Shown here in pieces: positions 1 through 10,245 of a stretch of DNA of 20,000 bases (position 1 is its first letter; each line of letters starts with the position of its first letter). The notes beneath the pieces were generated by a model. It was not told the DNA's origin, did not search any database, and saw nothing but the letters and a program-made list of their open reading frames with translations. A program made the position numbers and the translations under genes. Origin of the DNA: Atractiella rhizophila (lineage: Eukaryota); the NCBI GenBank assembly GCA_021432655.1, contig MU271183.1, forward strand, positions 245,177 to 265,176. The letters run 5' to 3'.

Positions 1-438
1 CATCACCGACGTGGAGAAGATCGTTCACGCTTGTGTTGTAGGGTTACTAGTTGACATGCCCAGAAGGTTAGATGAGCAGGAGAGGGAAGAGCTAATCCAG
101 GACGGCAGCGTCTTCGTCTTTGAGGAAGGCAAAAGCGGGATGATGCGATGGGAAGATCATTTGAAGGTGCATATTCCTTCTCGAACTGTATCAGAGAAAA
201 TTAAGAACTAACTGGTTGTCATTATTCCTTAATCGATCAACAACATCAGTACAAGCAGTCCAGAATGTCCGGCGTCTTTCTCACTTATACTGAACGCGGC
301 TACCCAATCGACGCGCTTCCTCTTACCAGAGCCTCCATCTGTATCAACAGACAGGTATCGAACTCGACAGTCGAGCGCTGGCACCTCGTCGCATATTACA
401 ATCGGGAGTATCGTACACTTCCACGAGTTAGTAATGAT
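1..438 (+). pseudogene. Partial diverged duplicate of the Gti1/Pac2 (WOPR) gene. It begins before the window, keeps intron 167-249, and homology ends right after the WOPR domain.
   Basis: Aligns by eye with 4196-~4635: VEKIVHACVVG...FVFEEGKSGMMRWEDHLK | YKQSRMSGVFLTYTE...WHLVAYYNREYRTLPRVSND. Similarity stops abruptly at GATC (~435-438). The frame then runs on to a stop at 648 through unrelated sequence. Confidence 0.8.
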
Positions 439-442
439 CTAA

Positions 443-812
443 TCAATTTCCACTCGCTGTCGCGTTTCCTCCCTTCCCGGCAGCGACAAGAGGGAAGAAT
501 TGAGCGCCATTCCCCGCGTAGGCTGGCGCCGTTGCGATGGCCAAAGGCTCTGCACCAGTCGCGGTGGGACCTGGGTACCCGACTTGGCTTTCGTCGGGAA
601 AGAGGTCAGGGGATGCTGATGCTAGTTATTTTCATTGGCGGCGGTTAGCACTCCCGTCTGGGCCTGTCAGGAAGGACGAAGACAGGGGAACACGCACTCC
701 CAGCAGCAGGGAAGACGGTGAAAGTGGCCGTTGCAGCCTGCCGTTTCTCAGCGAAGGGAGATGCGAAAGCCCCTCCAGCAAGAGTGAGAGCACAAAGAAC
801 AAACACCTTCAT
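443..812 (-). pseudogene. 5' fragment of a secreted histidine acid phosphatase/phytase-like gene (exons 812-698 and 621-443)
   Basis: Manual translation: signal peptide MKVFVLCALTLAGGAFA-SPFAEKR, then intron GTGCGT...GCTAAC...TAG (697-622), then LFPDESQVGYPGPTATGAEPLAIATAPAY...FPLV. I recognise this as the N-terminal extension of basidiomycete phytase/acid phosphatases. It stops (TGA 445-443) before any RHGxRxP catalytic motif. Confidence 0.7.
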
Positions 813-1387
813 CGACATCGTGGAACGCCTTGAAGAATCACCACGACAGCCTCTCTTGGAGAGTGGATTGGGATCGGTCGAATAAAACCACGCCAGCCTC
901 CTGCTAGCGCCAGCCTTTTATCAAGCCAGTGCTCCGCGTCGCTATTCTTAGACCGAGAGAGGAATGAAAGCGAGCGCGATGTCTGGCTATAATAATGGGA
1001 TCCACGTTCAGCCCAATGACGCACAGCGAGAGAGAAATCCATGCCGAGCTACAAATGAGACAACAGGCATAGCGGACAATTCAGAAACTGATTGCAAATG
1101 TTAAACGTGACTGTGCAGGCTTCCCATAATCTCTGGAGAGTGGGAGACCAAGTGCTCGTGCCACTACAACGCTGCGATTCGAGAGAACAAAGCTGAGAGG
1201 AAAGGTCCAAGTCAGGGCTCAGAGCGAGACTCGATCGTCAACTCTGTGCCCAACCAAATGTGAGAAGCGGGACGTGTCCCGCAACAGCTTTCGCCATTCA
1301 AATTCGAGGATGTACCTTTCGCCCAATTTTCGATGTTGTCAAATGGTAGGTCCTGGTGAGACAGATGAAGGACGGGAATTTGTAGGC

Positions 1388-2050
1388 ATGAGCGAAAGAG
1401 AACCGGACAGTCCATCAAGCTCATTCGACTCGGACGGGATTATAGACGAGATCACTCTGATGCCAGTCGCCAATCTGTACGATCTGGAGAAGCTGGTTTG
1501 GGAATATTTACTAGAGATGGAACAAGATAGCCGCTTCTTCTTCTGAATGGCCACAGAGCTGGGGCAACCACAGGTAATCGCATTCCGCAATACGTCATAC
1601 TAGGCAGGCATCGATTGCAGTTGCCAGCCTCACCAACTTGAACCTTCCAAGGCCAATGCACAAAGGATTCCACTCAATGGGGGTAAAAGGACTTGCAATC
1701 TTGAAGCTCAATCACGAACATTGTCCCTTCTTCGTTCCTGTTGGCTCGAACTGACTCTTGCAAGAGAACCTCACTGCAGACTTCTGGGGTTGCTTTGGCA
1801 TACGAGTAGGTTATGGACTTGCTTCCATTGGTCTCTTCCTGCCTTGAATCGTCCTGCCTTCGGTCCTCAACCCCTTGCACCCTATTTCCCCCAACGCCAG
1901 AAAAAGTTGGTATGAAGCCTCGAAGTTAGTAAATACCAAATTGAAATTGGGACCACTGGCAACACGTTCAAATTTGTGCACCTTTCAAACAATTGTCTTT
2001 CACTTGTTACAAGAAAACTGCAAGGATGGAAAAACACTACCTGGGAAAAG
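1388..2050 (+). pseudogene. Possible degenerate gene remnant, family unknown
   Basis: Protein-like stretches (DGIIDEITLMPVANLYDLEKLVWEYLLEME; DFWGCFGIRVGYGLASIGLFLP*IVLPSVLNPLHPISPNARKSWYEASKL...) broken by stops. No recognisable motif. Confidence 0.25.
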
Positions 2051-4156
2051 GTACAGGGCTCGACAGGGTTCAAGGGTCGCACTGAGGAACTGAACTTCCA
2101 CTACAAAATCAAGAATTCACAGTTCTCTAGATTTGTGTAGCACCGCATCAAGATTTATAAAAAGTGAACCAAGAACACTTCATTCCTCAGTGCCGTTGGA
2201 GACGAGCAAGGTTTTAGAGGATATCTGAGATTTCGTATGAAACGGCATATGAAAAACTGAAAGAGAATGGACGCTAGAACTCCGTCCTCTGAATTCAGCA
2301 TCCCATTAGATTGCTACGCTGACGAACGCAGGAGACGAACATTTCAATCATTTTGCATTCACGAGCATCCGAGACCGCCGAGGAGCCCTTCACTTGTGTA
2401 CCTTCGGTCAGAGGCGTTGCACTCCGTCTTCAGAGCGGGAGATGGCGAAGAGCATGAGAGGGACACTCAGATGAAATTAATTCCGTGATGATCCATCCTC
2501 TCCATAGGCATTAGATATTGAATGTTGAATGAGGTAGTGAGGACCGCCTGGTCTTCAGCCTCATCATGATCATGAGATACACTGGGTTCTGTTTGCAAGG
2601 TGAACAGGGCACGACCCCAGTCTCCCGCTCTGACAAGGGAGACTCGGTACCGGCATCACTAGAGAAAAGCTTTTTTAAGCAATAAAATGTGGCCCGTCTA
2701 TGTTCTCCCAATCAACCATGGAATATGGGAACAGCGACTTTCCGTTTCCGTCAGACTTTGCAGCAAACTTGCGGCGGCCTGACCCACGAACTCGATTTAC
2801 TGTAGCTACATTATCTAGCTCAAACAAAACCAGCTAGGGCATCGAACATCACGCAACCAGGAACCGAAAGCCAGAATGAAGCGCCGTTGCACTGGCGCTC
2901 TACGTCCCACTTTCATCAAAAAATTCTGTAAGGACGCCCGCTTTCATTTCCAGCTTGCACCTTCTGTGGGGTTGCGGCGCCATGGTTTCAGTGGCCCAGC
3001 GTTTAGCTGCACATATTCATCAACATCGATTTATGCCCTCTTCGCAAGTGGACTTGCTCAACCTCAGATTCGTACCTAAGGCGTCCCATCCCATCACAAA
3101 TGGAGATATGTGGACTGATGGAAGCCCCAACCGTGCGTGAAAAAACTTCGCTGACCGTTTTTAAGTTTGTTAGGGTCAAAGTCTGTGCTCGACTTTTCAA
3201 ACTATGTGAGGATTATTCCTAGGTGAGCCATGTCGTTAATATCTTGATCTCCACTCGAGGCTAGATTCAACATACGCCGAACTGTAACAACCTTGAAAGC
3301 TTCAATCTTGGTCAACTTGGAGGAGGGCGTCGTAAGGGACAAAACCGCACCTGTTGCGCACGGAGGGATCATGCGCACGATGCTCCCAAAGAAAACAGGA
3401 AACCTACTTCTGCCGCACTAAGGAGAGACACCAGAGAACGCGGAAGTGATCCTGAAGCGTGGTTCTCTCCACATGTCAATGAACAAGCATATAAGCGTCA
3501 GATTACCGAAAAACTAGCAGGCGCCTAACAGTTTCATTCATTCTCCTATATCCTTCATAATGAAGCCGTTACGCCAACACACGCCTTGCAGACGTTTATC
3601 AGAGTTCGGGAATGTAAACTGTATCGTGCATAGAAACGTCGGGTGAGTCTCTGAACATAAACTTCGTTTGTTACTAATACCGAAAGAGCTTCTGCTTCTT
3701 CTTCTAATTTGACTGCAAGAATCACAGAGTCATAAATGCAATACTCTACCATATTGCAGGAAGATGCAGTGTACACAGGAACAGGATAACCAAAAATCTC
3801 CAGGACTTGACAAAGAATAAAGATGGGCTTAAATAAAGTTGAGGATGATTGAGGGATCAACGACGCCGAAACCCAATTAACGGGATTGTAACGAGGAACG
3901 AGGAGAAGATATGCATCACCATGCATACAAGAAGAAAAGAAGCCGTAGCTTCGCCTCAAAAGGTCTCATCTTCATCTCGCATTGTGTCAATTGCTCAATT
4001 GAATTCTTCCTTCTCCAATCTTGTTTATACCGTCCAAGAATATATGAAGAGCAAGTTGCTTGATGCCCTGAACATCGCCAACAAAACCTACAACCTGACC
4101 AGGACGAACCACCTACCTCTCACGCAGTATCAACGCTCCTGTCTTCTAGAAGTATC

Positions 4157-5579
4157 ATGTCGTTGCAACCCACGTGGTATGGATACGTAGCAGACATCAC
4201 CGAAGTGGAGAAGGTCGTGCACGCTTGTGTGGTTGGGAAGCTCGTTGATATGCCTAGAAGGTTAGACGAGCAGGAGAGGGAAGAGCTAATCCAGCACGGC
4301 ACCGTCTTCGTATTTGAGGAAGGCAAAAGCGGGATGATGCGATGGACCGATCACTTGAAGGTGCATGTCCCCCTCGAACCTTAAGACAGAGGAACGTAAA
4401 GAACTGACTGGTTGTCATTGTCCCTTGATCAATCAATAATATCAGTGTGGGCAGTCCAGAATGTCCGGCGTCTTTCTCACTTATACTGAACGCGACTATC
4501 CACCAGGCGCGCTTCCTCTTACCAGAGCCTCCATCTGTATCAACAGACAGGTATCGAACGGGACAGTCGAGCGGTGGCACCTCGTCGCGTATTACAATCG
4601 GGAGTATCGTTCGCTTCCACGAGTTAGTAACGATCCAGCCCTCAAATCTGTCATTGTGCCATTTAAAATGTATGTGAACAACTCGTCGAGGAACCGAAGC
4701 GGGACAGGCGGATTGTTTGGCGGGAGTTCCACCAGTAGTAAGAGTCCCCCGAACCCCCCGTCTGTACGTGCAGCCATCCCCCCACCCCGTCCTTCAACTG
4801 CGACTTTTCCTGCGCACGCTCAAGCTGCTCCCTCCCCTTCTTACTCCCAATCCCAAGCCCAACAGCAACCTCGTCCGACCTTATTCGGGAGAACCGGTCT
4901 ACCCTCTTCAACAAACACCGCAAACGCTCGGCTTCCTCCCATACAGACACGTCCTCCTGCACAACCCCAAACTCAACCCTCTCGCGGACTCTTCGGTGGA
5001 ATGAGAGCCTCGACTCCCCCGCCTCAAGCCACACGGCCACCGGCTCCGCCTCAATCATCAGGAGGTCTCTTCGCTAGAAGAGCACCAAGTCCCGGACCTC
5101 AAATGCCGCAGCAGCCTCAGCAAGCCAGAGGAATGTTCGGCATGAGGGCCCCCTCTCCGCAACCAACGCAATCCCAACCCCTCCGGTCCGCATCCCCCGT
5201 CTCCTCCTCCCGCTCTTCCTGGGGACGCTCCTCCAACCCCTCTCCCACCTCGAGAACGAGCAGCGAATACAATCACTCTCACTACCAACCGGACGAGATG
5301 ATGGACGTTGATCGGGAAATGGGAGGCTTGGGCATCGGGATACAAAGGCCCTCGACTGGGATGGGGATGGGGAGGCCGAGGCTCCCTAGCGTCAGCGGAA
5401 TGAGTGGAATGAGTGGGTTGGGGAGTTATCAGAGAGGGAGGAGGATGAGTGTAGATATGAGAGGACCAGATGATACTGAGTACGTCAACCCCTCATTGCA
5501 GAAGTAGGGAGAAAAAGACTAATGCGATGTTTTCGTGTTTTCCAGGATGTTACAAGCGATAACGAGAGGAACGAGATGA
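4157..5579 (+). CDS. Gti1/Pac2 family (WOPR domain; Wor1/Ryp1-like) transcription factor. Exons 4157-4360, 4446-5479, 5546-5579.
   Basis: PTWYGYV...ACVVGKL..MPRRL..QER..LIQHGTVFVFEEGKSGMMRWTD...SRMSGVFLTYTE...HLVAYY are WOPR motifs. Introns GTGCAT..CAG (4361-4445) and GTACGT..ACTAAT..CAG (5480-5545). The C-terminus is P/Q/S/G-rich. Confidence 0.9.
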
Positions 5580-5759
5580 CCCAAAAAGCCTGGCAAGCTT
5601 ACCCTGCTCAAAAAAGGCACAATGCATCGACCAATGCCCTCAGCATCAGCACTGAGGAACACCAAGGATCGGCCGCTTGCGTGTTTGGTTGAGAGCACTC
5701 TTTCTTCATTTACTTCATTCCGTACCAGTCCCATCCATCATCTTCGCAACCTCCAACTC

Positions 5760-6360
5760 ATAGTCCTTCATTTTGTTTGTTCATATGGGCTATAGCACCT
5801 AGCCCACTCACCAGACTCCTTCCTTTCAGCCTCTGCATTTGTGATTGCTTTTTCAATTCGTCAGTGACTTTCAAAGTGACCACTTCCGCTCCTCTGGCAA
5901 CACACTCAACTTTTCCAAAAGAACAAAGTGCTGTATGTTACGTGCTACTGCAGCAACAGTTCCCTCCCTTAACTTGGTTTACTTGTCGTTCAAAATTGAC
6001 ACCGCTTACTGAACATTTTATGGCTACATTTATTCCCCGCGCATGTTTTAGCATTTGTTTCTGTTTGCAAACTTTTATGCCGTATGCCGATGCTTCTCAC
6101 TTTGATCAAAACCTTTGCTTTGCTTTGAAAAAGTTACCCCGGTCTATAGCTTTACTTAATGATCCACTTGTATATAGCTGCCCCGTGTTTGGACTCAGGG
6201 CGTTGAAAGTTTGCTCCACATCGATCAAGAGTGCATCAGAATTGGCCATGCTCCCGTGTTCTCGATATGCGTCGCTAGAGCCGCGGTTAGGATGGATGTA
6301 TTTAGATACGCTTGGAGGAGTGTTTTTGGGGGTTGGAGTTTTGTTGCCCTTTCCTTCGAG
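5760..6360 (-). pseudogene. Possible decayed ORF, unknown family
   Basis: A minus frame of about 200 codons reads protein-like (GKGNKTPTPKNTPPSVSKYIHPNRGSSDAYRE...VTLKVTDELKKQSQMQRLK) but has two TGA and one TAA stop. The 195-aa plus-strand ORF looks like its antisense shadow. Confidence 0.3.
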
Positions 6361-7597
6361 TTAATCCTGCATCGTCAAACAAGGACAAAAGACTGGAAGA
6401 AGCTTCGAAGAAGAATGAGGGACTCATCCTGCCTTCTTTTCTTCCCTTGTCAGCTGTCATATTATATTTAGGAGATAGTACGCCGTGACAAATTCACTCT
6501 TGACACAGACTGAACTTTATCATTCCAGTCGCACCAGCTTGTCTGGATTGGAATTGTAACTTTGGTATGTTGCCGTACCTTAGCAGAAAGAAAAGCCCTC
6601 ACTTTTAATTTTAAACGCTGCTGCTGTTTAGGAGATATCCACTTTCCGCCTCAATGTGGGAATCTATGCAGTCTCTGTCTCCTACAGGCAAGATCTATCT
6701 TGCCTCTCCACGAGGGGAACGACGATGTCCGCCTCAAACGAACAAAGAATTGTAGACGTACTAGCACTAAGGGTGTCCTTCCACTCAACTCGCAGGACCT
6801 CTCGCAGGTAAGCCGGTAAAACCTGTGCGGGTAGGGAATGGACACGGGAATCCATTTGCCAATGTTGAAACCACGGGCAAGCGGAAGCCGCCTGACGACT
6901 TGAGACTTGAGTGGTCATTGCAAAGGCACAATGAGACTACGTAAAGCTTTACAATCTGGTGTTTCTCTATTTCTCGCTGCAATGAGAAGTAAAAAGGACA
7001 ATTTATGCTTGGGTTTACACTTTCGCTTCACGCTAAAGGGTGATGAAAAGGTCTAGCATCAGCTGCTGAATTGCATGGCATCCGAAGGCATTCTTGTTTG
7101 AAAAGTGAACACAATTAAGTTCTTGGGCTTCTTCGTCTCCTGCAATATTCTATGTTTTCTTCATCTGATGCGGAAACCTTCCAGCTTCGGTATCGTGCCC
7201 TCCACGACTCCCAACTCCTGCTGCATCGTCATGAGTCTGTCTGAAACCCTTCAACTCCCATCCTGCCAGTTATCTCGGGGGTAAGCTATTCAACGACTGG
7301 GAACCCCTTGCGGCACAGGGAGGGGTGAGGATGCGTTAAGAGCAGTAAACCCTTTCGGGAAAACGCAGCGAACGACGGCTGTCCCCTGTGACAGGCCTAA
7401 GCAGCACGGTAACCGCAACTCGCGCTAGGAGCGAGGAGAATCGGGAAGTGGGAAGGAAATACTGAATGTTGCTGGCGATGCCACAACATCCATGATCCTT
7501 TCCTTGCAATAAAAGCTCGAGAATTGACGCAAGTGCTTCCCATCTCCTCCTTGTCTTTTCTCTCCTCCAGTTTCAATCACGACTAGAAACGACAGTG

Positions 7598-9293
7598 ATG
7601 AGACACAGCACATGGCCCACAATCATCTACAACTTTGCTTTGCTTGCATCGACAGCGACTTCAGCACCGTATACTGGTCCAAATCCTTTCAAGAATGGAC
7701 ATGAAGGCTTGGGCTCAAAGTACGGCTCACTTACAACTAAACCAGCCGACCCTGCTCAACTCATCGAGAATCCGTTCCCCATGACGTGAGCAGATTTGCT
7801 CTCCGCCTTCTGTGTTCTGAGGACGGTATCAGATGCCATGCCGAGTACTCAGGCCCTGGCAACAGCGGCTCGTTCGTAGGTCTGGCGTGCGTTCCTTCTT
7901 CTCTAGAAACTTAGACCTACAACCTGACAACCACTCCATAGCTGTCATGCTGCAGATCCGAATTCATTGGCCAGTACAAGGACAGAGAAAATGGCGAACG
8001 AATCTGAGGACATAAGCAAGCGTCAACCAACGTACGTGACTATCACGTACAATCTAACATTGAAACTGATGAAAGTCCCACTCTCTCCGACAGCTGTGGC
8101 GTCACCCCTAATGAAGAGAAGATGGGACAACTTCGGAAGAAGTATAGTGACCGCATGTCTAAGAATCGCAAAACTCTGGAATCCTATGCAAAGCCGACAA
8201 CAGAGGCAGGTGCTATCATTGCCGTGCGCAAGTATTTCCTTTAATTTCCTTCTCTCCATCTCCCCAGCCTGCTCCAGCTCTTACAAATCATCAGATTTCC
8301 ACGTCATCACTGCCAACACGACCAGAGCCGGTGGAAACCTTTCTCGCCTCGATGTAGATTTGAGTGCGCATCTTTTCTTCATTACCCACGAATTGCGTCC
8401 CTGATGACGAGAGATCAGGCATATTAGCCCTTAATAATGGCTTTTCAGGGACTGGCCTCCAATTCGAGCTCGCATCACTAGACTACAGTCAAAACAGCAC
8501 CTGGTTCCTCAAAGCAAACACCTTTGAGCAAGATGCGAATGGAGGACTCATCGCTAGCAAAGAGGGAGCACAGATAGATTATGAGATGAAGACCGCTCTG
8601 CGCGTAGGAGAAGAGAAGGACTTGAACGTTTATACTGTTGCATTTGAAGGCACTCCTTCGTTGCTGGGCTATTCGTAAGATTATCATCATTCTTTATCTG
8701 GTGGCAGAGACACTGATGATCAGGATGTGATGTGGTAGTGCTTTTCCAGAAGATTACGAGGACAAACCAATCTTTGATGGTGTGCTTATACATTACCGAA
8801 CTACTCCGGGAGGAGGATTCACTACGTGAGCACCACAGTAGCCTAATCTAATGAGGTTGATTGAACCTTCATGCACAGAGCTGATCAAGGAAAGAACTTG
8901 GTGCACGAAGTCGGGCACGTCATCTCTCCCTCATCACCATTTGTGCATGGAAGTCCTAACAGACAGTGCAGGCATTGGGTGGGGCTCTTCCACCCATTCC
9001 AAGGCAGCTGTGATGATTTAGATGACGGCGGAGACATGGTAGGCTTCTCCCTGCTTCCGCCATGAGGACTACACTCAGTGAGGGAACAGGTCGATGACAC
9101 GCCACCCGAACTCGAACCTACTGGAGGTTGTCCAGTCTCCAATCCACCCAAAACGTGCCCAGGAGAAAATCAGCCAAGCTCCATCTTCAACTATATGTCG
9201 TACACTTTCGATGCTTGTAAGAACCCGTTCACTCCTGGTCAGATCACCAGGTTAAGATCACAGTTGGACATGTTTAGGGGGATTGAAATTTGA
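7598..9293 (+). CDS. Secreted zinc metalloprotease, peptidase M43 (pappalysin/ulilysin-like, fungal MEP1 type), about 10 exons
   Basis: Signal peptide (IIYNFALLASTATSA), prodomain CGV, HFHVI, MKTALRVG..DLNVY, LLGYSAFP, DGVLIHY, the zinc motif HEVGHWVGLFHPFQGSC (HExxHxxGxxH), GDMVDDTPPE and the Met-turn NYMSYT..C...FTPGQ. Nine introns can be placed in frame. Confidence 0.93.
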
Positions 9294-9394
9294 CTGATTG
9301 ATTGATGTAACTCTAGATCTGTATTCACTTTGATCACGGACTGAATTATCACTCTTTTCCTTCATGTTCGCATTGTGGAAAGTTGCCTGCGGCT

Positions 9395-9640
9395 ATTTTT
9401 TCATTAGATAGGTCCAATGAATAACGCAGTCGAAAAGTATGAGGTCCTCGTTCTCTGTCCTGACAAGCGAACACTACATGGGGTAGCAGCGCTGGGATAT
9501 TTTTAACATGTGACTTTATCACATCGTCATTTCCTCATTCACTACGACGTAACTAAGCTTTGCAGTGTCGATCAGCAGACCATTTATGCCGTACGCCTAT
9601 TCGTAAGCTGATTTTTTCATTGATCGGTCCAATGAATAAC
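9395..9640. repeat. Dispersed direct repeat of about 30 bp (9395-9425 and 9611-9640), each copy an imperfect palindrome containing CCAAT
   Basis: ATTTTTTCATTAGATAGGTCCAATGAATAAC versus ATTTTTTCATTGATCGGTCCAATGAATAAC. Confidence 0.6.
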
Positions 9641-10245
9641 AGTCTAAATAGCATCTTGGACAGGCAAGTGTGAACAGAAAAACAGGGGCACAACGTATCA
9701 GGCTTGCGTAAGCTGATCCCACCGTCATGTTATTCTCACAGCTGTGAAACGTTGGATATTGAAAGTGCGAAAGAGGCTCTTCGTCTCACGTACGGACAAA
9801 GCCAGGGAGAGTCATGAGAGATGAAATCTGGGAGAAAGATAACTTTTCGAATAAGTTATGTATGGATTGCCAATGCCTCATTTATTGTATCAAGTACTTC
9901 CAAGCATTTATATTCCTTGGAAGCAGCGATCCATTTCACGCAACTTCTCAGATGGAGTGCCAGCCAGAAATGACTTGACACCTTCCAACCACTTAGAACA
10001 AAGCGTACCGATAGCCTGCCTTATAATCGCATTATGTTGACGCCACTTTTCATGTCAATCTGGGTCGCCATCTCTGCCGTCCTTGCTAACTTCGCCATTC
10101 TTCTATACTTCTTGTGGTCGTAATCATTTTCGGCTTTCCGCGACAGTACGTCTGTAGTTTTCTTTGGTTCTTCCCGCATTCCTGATCTCTCATCAGCAAG
10201 ACAGAAGCAAGGAAGTAGTAATACGCAACATCCAAAGTTCACACG

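Noticed and set aside
2100..4150. Short ORFs upstream of the WOPR gene
   Set aside because: No motifs or consistent exon chain found. Treated as intergenic or regulatory, as a long upstream region is plausible for this TF family.
5480..5507. Track C-terminus YVNPSLQK* of the WOPR protein
   Set aside because: GTACGT..ACTAAT..CAG is a good intron, giving the end EMLQAITRGTR* at 5579.
5777..6364. 195-aa plus-strand ORF
   Set aside because: F/C/L-rich composition typical of an antisense shadow, with a non-ATG start.
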